Virus record (IMG/VR): IMGVR_UViG_3300009657_000001
Location: 1 to 64,000 of that record
Origin: a virus
Length of the DNA stretch: 64,000 nt
Reading direction: 5' to 3' (one strand)
Shown: positions 57,857 to 64,000 of the stretch, one piece after another
How the letters are laid out: each line of letters begins with the position of its first letter
How positions within the stretch are numbered: position 1 is the first letter of the stretch
Program-made: the position numbers and the translations under genes
The notes under the pieces: model-generated
The model's input: only the letters and a program-made list of their open reading frames with translations
Told to the model about the DNA's origin: nothing
Databases searched by the model: none

Positions 57857-58355
57857 AGAACTTCTCAAAGAAGACCCCATTTATAGCAGATCGATGAAGC
57901 GTGTTCTGCGTATGGATATGAAAGATGAGTCGTGGTTGGAAGAACTCGAACGTCTTCATGCTGCGCGTGATATACGTGCGTTGAACAGTACGGCATTGCT
58001 GCAAAGTAGCCAGAAAGTTGCAATCGACAACAACATTGATAATCAAACTGTGCGTTCGCGTTGCGTTGAAATCAAGATACGTGCGATGAAACAGCTTGTT
58101 GCGTACGAAAACACACACAAGTTCTTGAAGAAGTATATACCAGCACGGTTTGCAAAAACAATGAAATCGATGACAGGAACAATCACCGAGCGCAAAGCTT
58201 TGGTTGATTACCTGCTTGCAGACTTGGACAATCTCATTGAGCGTTTGCGACACGTTGAAAACATCTGCAACGTGATCATTGAAGACTGCGATGCAGCTGG
58301 GTATACACTCCATCGCATTGGAACTATGCTCGAACAGAAGAGTCGTGATCGATGA
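57837..58355 (+). CDS. Hypothetical protein
   Basis: The ORF is open from 57825. ATGs at 57837 and 57843 overlap the primase stop. Confidence 0.5.
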   Translation: MSMKRLKELLKEDPIYSRSMKRVLRMDMKDESWLEELERLHAARDIRALNSTALLQSSQKVAIDNNIDNQTVRSRCVEIKIRAMKQLVAYENTHKFLKKYIPARFAKTMKSMTGTITERKALVDYLLADLDNLIERLRHVENICNVIIEDCDAAGYTLHRIGTMLEQKSRDR

Positions 58356-58600
58356 GATATTTATTAAGGCGTGGTCTAGCAAGTCAGGCTGCTCAAGCAG
58401 GCTTAAAACTAGGAGAGCTTGGATACTCGACAGATACAGAAGAACTCATTGTAGGTACAGGTGAAGGTAAATTCACAGTTGTAAACAAAGTCTATGCAAT
58501 GCCGTCTGGGGAACTCGTTGCAGACATACAAACTGACAATGGTTATCTGATACCATTATGCATTCCGATGAAAGATCCATTAGTACCAAAAAGAGGATAG
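58352..58600 (+). CDS. Hypothetical small protein with a tail-fibre/Mtd-N-like motif
   Basis: RRGLASQAAQAGLKLGELGYSTDTEELIVGTGEGKF resembles the N-terminal motif of phage fibre and hyaluronidase-type proteins. Confidence 0.45.
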   Translation: MRYLLRRGLASQAAQAGLKLGELGYSTDTEELIVGTGEGKFTVVNKVYAMPSGELVADIQTDNGYLIPLCIPMKDPLVPKRG

Positions 58601-58603
58601 ACG

Positions 58604-58990
58604 ATGGGGATTCTGTTATCTTCAAAGCTAGGCAAAGTAGGCCCAAAGGATTACATTCGACAACCGTCTCTTGCACACTGGTGCGAAGGCTGCGAAGAAA
58701 TACACCACTTCTCTTGTGAAGTTCCGCAATCGAATGGTGCTATCTGGACGTGGGATAAGAACGTTGAAAGTCCGACGTTTAACCCAAGTATGCATATCCG
58801 GATTTTGCACACAGAACAACCACATGAAGTGTGTCATTATTTCCTTCGTTCTGGTCAGATAGAATATCTCTCGGATTCAACACATCGATTGTCAGGGCAA
58901 ACAGTGCCTTTGATTGACATTCCCGATAATATCAAAATGCGCTGGCGGATGAATGAAATGCGAGGCGATGATGCAGATACAAAAGGGTGA
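58604..58990 (+). CDS. Hypothetical Cys/His protein
   Basis: The pattern is HWCEGCEEIHHF...PTFNPSMHI...VCHYFLRSGQIEYLSDSTH. Confidence 0.55.
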   Translation: MGILLSSKLGKVGPKDYIRQPSLAHWCEGCEEIHHFSCEVPQSNGAIWTWDKNVESPTFNPSMHIRILHTEQPHEVCHYFLRSGQIEYLSDSTHRLSGQTVPLIDIPDNIKMRWRMNEMRGDDADTKG

Positions 58991-59159
58991 TGTTTTTACG
59001 TATGACGCAACGCCTGGGTTTATGATTTCTCCAAGGCAGTATATGAAACGTGTCAAAGTTGTTTGGAATGACGGTGAAAACATACACTACGTCACCGAAC
59101 ATGATCGACACAACATAAAACAAACACCAATTGATCGATTTATTAGCATCATTCAGTGA
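58968..59159 (+). CDS. Hypothetical small protein
   Basis: The ORF is open from 58953, with ATG ATG at 58968. Confidence 0.4.
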   Translation: MMQIQKGDVFTYDATPGFMISPRQYMKRVKVVWNDGENIHYVTEHDRHNIKQTPIDRFISIIQ

Positions 59160-59166
59160 GGATACC

Positions 59167-59607
59167 ATGCCGAAAGTCATTGATAGTTTCAAAGATGAAT
59201 ATGCCTTCCTGTCCAATTTCTATGCGTCACCGATCCTGCACGACGACATCCTCTACCCCACGAATGAACATTTCTTTCAAGCGATGAAGACCAAAGACGT
59301 CGATGTGCGCAAACAGATCGCGCTGGTCAACTTCCCATCGCAAGCAAAGAAGATGGGGAATGACAAGAAGCTCGTCAAAATACGCAGTGACTGGGAAGAT
59401 ATCAAGCTCAAAGTCATGATGAAGGGCTTGAAGATGAAATTTGAAATACCAGCGTTGCGGACCATGCTGTTTTCAACGGGCGAAGCAAAGCTGATTGAAG
59501 GGAATTTTTGGAAAGATACCTATTGGGGTGTTTGCAACGGTGAAGGTGAAAACAAACTTGGTAAATTGCTGATGAAATTGAGGAGCCAGTTGTGCGATGA
59601 AAGATAA
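59167..59607 (+). CDS. NADAR (YbiA/DUF1768) domain protein
   Basis: Motifs are EYAFLSNFY, YPTNEHFFQAMK, TGEAKLIEG, DTYWGVCNGEGENKLGKLLMKLR. ATG at 59167 follows GAGGA. Confidence 0.75.
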   Translation: MPKVIDSFKDEYAFLSNFYASPILHDDILYPTNEHFFQAMKTKDVDVRKQIALVNFPSQAKKMGNDKKLVKIRSDWEDIKLKVMMKGLKMKFEIPALRTMLFSTGEAKLIEGNFWKDTYWGVCNGEGENKLGKLLMKLRSQLCDER

Positions 59608-59908
59608 TCCTTTGCTTTATCCTCCAAAATACGATGCATTGGAATACGTCTACAATACCGCGCTCGAAGACCTGCTCGAAAAGAAGCGTCAAGAGTTTAT
59701 AGACGGTATCTATGAAGCACTCGATAAACTTGCTTGTGAGCACATGAAGATTTCAGTTGAAAACTGGAAGAAACTATCTCGCGACCAGCAGGTTGACTTT
59801 GTTACACGGGCTGGAATCACAGGTTATCGCATTCGACAAGAGTCACAGTTTCTAACCGGGAATCAGCGTGTAGTGGTTGAACTTGAGTTCTACACACCAA
59901 AAGAATAG
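59597..59908 (+). CDS. Hypothetical protein
   Basis: 103-aa ORF that overlaps the upstream stop. Confidence 0.5.
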   Translation: MKDNPLLYPPKYDALEYVYNTALEDLLEKKRQEFIDGIYEALDKLACEHMKISVENWKKLSRDQQVDFVTRAGITGYRIRQESQFLTGNQRVVVELEFYTPKE

Positions 59909-59920
59909 CGGTAAAGTAGA
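59909..59920 (+). promoter_or_regulatory. Phage promoter-like motif CGGTAAAGTAGA
   Basis: It ends 30 nt upstream of the ATG at 59950. Confidence 0.5.
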
Positions 59921-59949
59921 CGTGAAGCTGATAAAACAGGTGTACGCGA

Positions 59950-61578
59950 ATGTCGAATCGAATTGTTTTGGGACGACGTATGTTGATCCCAAAGACTCTG
60001 ATGCCTAAAAAAGCAATCGAGCAGAGATTCAAGATTGAATTGTTCAACGAAAAGCTGTGTAAAGTTTGCGAAAATTTTGACCAAAGATCGAATGATATGT
60101 GTCGCGGCTGTGAAGGCATGACAGCCGCGTATAAGTTGTTCAAGGAAACTCCTGGTCATTGGAGCGTTCCGCAAGGCGATTACCTCGCTTTGAGTAAATT
60201 ACTAGACCGAAAGAACATTGATTACGACGTGATCGAGAAACGTCCACAGTATCCGTTCAAGTTTCCGATCAAATTTACCGGTTCGTTGTTTGGTGAAGGT
60301 CACATCGATGAAAACGGTATCCGACGCATCAACCAGAAGAAGTTGCTCAAGTCGTGGTTTCGACACAAAGAAGGTATTCTAAAAGCGAAACCTCGGGCTG
60401 GCAAAACTGTTATGGCGGGATACGCGACGTGCCGTCTTGGTCAGAAAACAATCATTCTTGCGGACCGCAAAGAGCTTCTCAAGCAATTCTACCGCATGTT
60501 TATGGGTGATCCGATCCGCAAACGTGCGCCAATGACGAATATACCGCAACTTCAGAAGAAGACTGGCAAAGAGATTATCCGCATCGCTGAAAAACCAAAA
60601 GACCTGACCAATCTTAAAGACATTGATATCCTTCTTGTCAATTACCAGAAACTTGTTCGCGATCCGCAAAGGATGGCTGAGCTTGTTGAAGGTAATTTTT
60701 CTTTTTTGATCGTCGATGAAGTACATGGATCTGGTGCCGAAGGTTACTTGCGTGTTGTCAGCAATTGCAGCGTGAGGCATCGCATGGGATTGAGTGCGAC
60801 ACCGCGCCGTAAGGATAATCGACACAAGCTGATTCATCGTATCATGGGTCCTGTTGTTGCTGAATCAGGCACAGCATCGTTAATACCAGAAGTTCGCGTC
60901 CGTTTTGCAAAGGCTGAACCCAAACGAAAATACAAACTGTGGACACACGCAATCGGTTGGTTGAGCACAGATAAGAATCTACAAATTGAATTACTTCAAG
61001 CAATCTTTGATGATCTTCGCGCTGGACATGATGGTATTATTGTGCTTGTTGACCGACGATTACACATTGATCTCCTCACAAAGATGGTGAATCAACAAGC
61101 AAAGATGAACAACATCAAGCGTGGTGAGAAGTGGCCAAAAGACCTTGCGATCAAGTTCTACGATGGTGTAGATCGGGATAAAACACTTCTGTCTGTTGAC
61201 CGAGGCGGACCGACGGTACTATTTGGAATGCGTCAAATGTGCAAGCAAGGCATCGATTTCGAGAAGCCAAGTAAGATTCACATTTTCATTCCGATGAGTG
61301 CATCATCGGATAAAGACACGGGAGCTCCACTCTTTGAACAATTGAGTAATCGAATAACGACTCCCGCGAAGAAACCACAACCTGTTATTGATATCTGGAT
61401 GCATCAGGTGCAAATGTTTAGATCCTGTAATATTGGGTTGTTTTGGAATGAGATCTGGCCTAATCGCGTAACAGCCAAAAATCCGAATGGTAAATACAGA
61501 GTTTCTGAACAAGAAATGCTCAAAGTAAAGAACATGAACGCGAAAATTCAAACACAGCAAAGCTTCGACTGGGTATAA
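59950..61578 (+). CDS. SF2 (DEAD/DEAH-box type) helicase with an N-terminal zinc ribbon
   Basis: The zinc ribbon reads CKVCENF...CRGCEG. Walker A is KPRAGKTVMA, the DEAH-like box is FLIVDEVHG, motif III-like is GLSATPRR, and a motif VI-like region contains QMCKQGIDF. Confidence 0.75.
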   Translation: MSNRIVLGRRMLIPKTLMPKKAIEQRFKIELFNEKLCKVCENFDQRSNDMCRGCEGMTAAYKLFKETPGHWSVPQGDYLALSKLLDRKNIDYDVIEKRPQYPFKFPIKFTGSLFGEGHIDENGIRRINQKKLLKSWFRHKEGILKAKPRAGKTVMAGYATCRLGQKTIILADRKELLKQFYRMFMGDPIRKRAPMTNIPQLQKKTGKEIIRIAEKPKDLTNLKDIDILLVNYQKLVRDPQRMAELVEGNFSFLIVDEVHGSGAEGYLRVVSNCSVRHRMGLSATPRRKDNRHKLIHRIMGPVVAESGTASLIPEVRVRFAKAEPKRKYKLWTHAIGWLSTDKNLQIELLQAIFDDLRAGHDGIIVLVDRRLHIDLLTKMVNQQAKMNNIKRGEKWPKDLAIKFYDGVDRDKTLLSVDRGGPTVLFGMRQMCKQGIDFEKPSKIHIFIPMSASSDKDTGAPLFEQLSNRITTPAKKPQPVIDIWMHQVQMFRSCNIGLFWNEIWPNRVTAKNPNGKYRVSEQEMLKVKNMNAKIQTQQSFDWV

Positions 61579-61579
61579 G

Positions 61580-62104
61580 ATGTCTGGCGAAATAAAAACA
61601 ACATACAGTTCAATGTTGCATGGATTCGGTCTACCCTACCGATTGCAAGGCGGATCAGGTTTCGATTTGAAATCAAATTTAAAGAATTACAACGTGGGAG
61701 AAGACAAAATCGTCTCAACCAAAAAACAATTTGAGAACTATAAAATTGCCTGCGAGGATGCTCCTGGTTGGTTGATGTACGTGTGTGCAAACAGTATCCT
61801 AGATCGTGCAAAGCATGTTGCAGCAAACATCATGCAAAACTACTTCTCGAAAAGCCAGTCTGTACACTGGTTAACAAACGTCGATACAGTTAAAAACATC
61901 AGCTTTTCACAATTAAAGCTGGTTATAATCGACGCGCTGTTTTTTGATTCAAGTGCGTATCGTCGTGATAAGATTTATGAAATCATCAACTACAACTGCA
62001 ACGTTCCAAATCTGAGTGTGCTTGTAATCGGTCAGAACACTGATCCACTTGCAATGGCAAACCAACTTGGAATGAAGCCTAACCTTTCGGTGTTGCTCAA
62101 ATGA
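61580..62104 (+). CDS. Hypothetical protein; a helicase-loader role is possible only by position
   Basis: 174-aa ORF between two helicase genes. It contains LVIIDALFFD, a Walker B-like hydrophobic-Asp segment. Confidence 0.5.
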   Translation: MSGEIKTTYSSMLHGFGLPYRLQGGSGFDLKSNLKNYNVGEDKIVSTKKQFENYKIACEDAPGWLMYVCANSILDRAKHVAANIMQNYFSKSQSVHWLTNVDTVKNISFSQLKLVIIDALFFDSSAYRRDKIYEIINYNCNVPNLSVLVIGQNTDPLAMANQLGMKPNLSVLLK

Positions 62105-62319
62105 ATACCATTATTGTTGTCTATGGTCGTACCTTTGTTGTAAAGTTTGATACAGAAGGTGCGCGCATTATTGCAGAACGCAAGTTCGATTCCAGCCTAA
62201 AGAAAGGGTTTCGTGATATTAAATACTGGTCTCGTCGTGTGCGTCCCAATGTTACCTCGAACAGTATTGTAAAGCTCATTATTCAAACTGCTGAAAAAGT
62301 ACGGAATCAGAAGCAATGA
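62101..62319 (+). CDS. Hypothetical small protein
   Basis: 72 aa, with an ATGA overlap upstream. Confidence 0.5.
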   Translation: MNTIIVVYGRTFVVKFDTEGARIIAERKFDSSLKKGFRDIKYWSRRVRPNVTSNSIVKLIIQTAEKVRNQKQ

Positions 62320-62492
62320 CAACCTTTCGTTGGCGCTGGGTTGATCTTCTACACCCTTTCGAACTGTATCAACGATACCAATGGTACAAGTTTGGTCTAG
62401 CATTAAAAACGGATATAGAAAGTCGTATGCAGCGCAAAGGATTTATGGAAAGTTTGTTGGAGAAAGAGGAATTCAAAAATGAACAACCGTAA
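62316..62492 (+). CDS. Small ORF (58 aa), below the ORF-track length cutoff
   Basis: The ATG forms an ATGA overlap with the stop at 62319. It fills an otherwise empty 160-nt gap. The product begins MTTFRWRWVDLLHPF. Confidence 0.4.
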   Translation: MTTFRWRWVDLLHPFELYQRYQWYKFGLALKTDIESRMQRKGFMESLLEKEEFKNEQP

Positions 62493-62811
62493 ATTACTAC
62501 AAACAAGTGTAGCATTACCGTTGAACTACGAACCTCCAAAAGGTTTTCAAACCAACGGTGTTGAAGTTTATATTGAAGGCAACGACGGTCGCTTTATTCC
62601 GTGTGAGTACACACTGGAAGATTATACAATTCGATTGAACTCTCGTGTGCCCGCAGGTGTAAACTTACGAATTCATTATTCGATGAAAGAAAGTCCTAAG
62701 AATGGTTGGTCGGAAACTTTACAGTCTCGCAATGGAGCTCCGCGCTATCCGAACGCTGACGGTAGAGCCAGAAAGTCGTGCAGCCCAAGAGCTTATTGCG
62801 AAGCTCGATGA
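62479..62811 (+). CDS. Hypothetical small protein; its 3' part overlaps the DnaB-like frame
   Basis: RBS GAGAAAGAGGA lies upstream. The last ~35 codons overlap the helicase ORF and look non-protein-like. Confidence 0.4.
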   Translation: MNNRKLLQTSVALPLNYEPPKGFQTNGVEVYIEGNDGRFIPCEYTLEDYTIRLNSRVPAGVNLRIHYSMKESPKNGWSETLQSRNGAPRYPNADGRARKSCSPRAYCEAR

Positions 62812-64000
62812 GAGTTACTTCGCAACCGAAGTTGCTCGGACTGCCTTCAAAGTGTGTTTGAAAAGCCTTCGTAAGAAATCGGAATTGCCAGATTGGGATG
62901 ATTTAATCACCGATCCGGCTATCGATGAAAGCATACGTGATACGCTATCCGAATGCGATTATCCTCCGCTTGATACCAAGAAGAAAACAAACATTGTCAT
63001 CAGTCGTTTGTCGGACTATCGTCGGTGGCGATTGCTTGCGAAGATTGGTAAAGCGGCAGAGCGTGCAATCAGTTCGACCGAAGATGTTAACATTGACGAA
63101 GCGTTTGCTGACGTTGCGAACATCATGAACCAACAAAGTGCCGGAAAGAATTTCCGTGTGCTCCGAATTGGTAAAAACTCGAATTCACTCAAGTATGTGA
63201 AAAAGGTTCTCAAAGGGACTGCGATCACGTACATTGCAACCGGTTTCAAAGGCTTTGATTCGATTAATCGTGGGTTTCCGCCCGGCTTTATTCTGATGGC
63301 GTCACCAACGGGTCGTGGTAAGTCCACAATGCTCAATCAGATCGCACAGAACATGGCAGAACAAGGTGCAAAAGTTGGGTTTGCACCGCTTGAAATGACG
63401 AATGAAGAAAATCTGCAACGTAATATTGCGCGTGTTGCACAGATAGATATGATTCGGTTGCTTGATCCACAAAACAAGATCAGTCGTGCGGATTTCGATG
63501 AAATCATCGAAAAGTGGGAGAAACACGACCAGAAGATCGACAAGAACGGTGGTGCAATCGAGTTCTACGAATTCGACAACGCTGTCAACGCCGAATCGCT
63601 TGCTGTTACGGTACAGCCATTTGCGCTGGATGTTCTTATCATCGACTATCTTGGTCTGCTTGATGAAACAAGCGGTGAACAACAGTGGCAGAAGCTTGGT
63701 GAAGCAGCCTGGTTCTTGCACACGTGGGCAAAAGCAAACGGTGTTGTTGTCATTGCCGCAGCACAGTTGAGTGAAGAGGGTGCGCTTCGTTACTCTAAGA
63801 TGCTTGCCGAACACGCGAAGTTCTTCTGGTTCTGGGCACCGGATGAAACGTCGCGCGCAAGTGGTATCTATAAAATCACACAACGCAAAGCCCGTAACGC
63901 ATCCGATCACGATTTCTATCTCAAGTTCGATCTTCCCAAGATGACGGTCACAGATGCCGAAAAGGATGATATCGAAGAGACGGAAAAGCAACAGCGTGAT
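62702..64000 (+). CDS. dnaB: DnaB-family replicative helicase, 3' end outside the window
   Basis: This ORF is absent from the ORF track because it has no stop in the window. Frame 2 is open from 62687, with ATGs at 62702 and 62732. Walker A is MASPTGRGKSTM, Walker B is VLIIDYLGLL, followed by VVVIAAAQLS. Confidence 0.75.
   Translation, partial: MVGRKLYSLAMELRAIRTLTVEPESRAAQELIAKLDESYFATEVARTAFKVCLKSLRKKSELPDWDDLITDPAIDESIRDTLSECDYPPLDTKKKTNIVISRLSDYRRWRLLAKIGKAAERAISSTEDVNIDEAFADVANIMNQQSAGKNFRVLRIGKNSNSLKYVKKVLKGTAITYIATGFKGFDSINRGFPPGFILMASPTGRGKSTMLNQIAQNMAEQGAKVGFAPLEMTNEENLQRNIARVAQIDMIRLLDPQNKISRADFDEIIEKWEKHDQKIDKNGGAIEFYEFDNAVNAESLAVTVQPFALDVLIIDYLGLLDETSGEQQWQKLGEAAWFLHTWAKANGVVVIAAAQLSEEGALRYSKMLAEHAKFFWFWAPDETSRASGIYKITQRKARNASDHDFYLKFDLPKMTVTDAEKDDIEETEKQQRD

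Noticed and set aside
63302-63991. A 229-aa minus-strand ORF at the right edge of the window.
   Set aside because: The + strand frame over the same DNA encodes clear DnaB-type Walker A and B motifs. The ORF track missed it only because there is no stop codon in the window.
1-64000. tRNA, rRNA, tmRNA, CRISPR, integrase or attachment-site features, and lysogeny genes.
   Set aside because: Intergenic gaps are at most about 230 nt and are occupied by terminators and promoters. I noticed no cloverleaf-like sequence or integrase/recombinase motif. An XRE-type HTH at 32031 is not evidence of lysogeny on its own.

Overview
This window is a tightly packed 64-kb block in which every credible gene lies on the + strand. 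It looks like the DNA-metabolism region of a large virulent dsDNA phage. I saw no rRNA, tRNA or CRISPR array. All function calls come from reading motifs in the supplied translations; no database search was run.

Recognisable content:
- **Nucleotide metabolism:** class II ribonucleotide reductase, P-loop dNMP-kinase-like protein, ThyA, MazG-like protein, HAD hydrolase, dCTP deaminase and dUTPase.
- **7-deazaguanine DNA-modification genes:** radical-SAM QueE, QueD and a DpdA-like DNA transglycosylase.
- **Replication and recombination:** SbcD/SbcC, gp32-like SSB, RecA/UvsX-like recombinase, RecD/Dda-like SF1 helicase, type II topoisomerase B and A subunits, RuvC-like resolvase, T4 endonuclease V homolog, DnaG-like primase, SF2 helicase and the start of a DnaB-like helicase.
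- **Packaging:** a large terminase subunit.
- **Selfish elements:** three inteins (in the RNR, in the QueE Fe-S motif and in the helicase P-loop) and at least five free-standing homing-endonuclease-like genes.

Most interesting observations:
1. A translationally coupled operon places QueD next to a DGQH-motif ParB-fold protein (DpdB/DndB-like). It is flanked by two paralogous coiled-coil/winged-helix proteins and followed by a DHH phosphoesterase.
2. The helicase intein has the class 3 signature (no N-terminal nucleophile plus the W/C/T triad). The QueE intein carries a PD-(D/E)XK endonuclease.
3. The SSB tail and two neighbouring proteins have extreme blocky acidic/basic segments.
4. A phage-specific intergenic motif, C(C/G)GTAAA(G/A)TA, sits 25-36 nt upstream of many start codons. 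A separate set of sigma70-like promoters shares GTGTTATACT.
5. A 14-bp inverted repeat built on one copy of the motif could occlude a ribosome-binding site.
6. Candidate counter-defence genes are present: NADAR, NYN and DHH.
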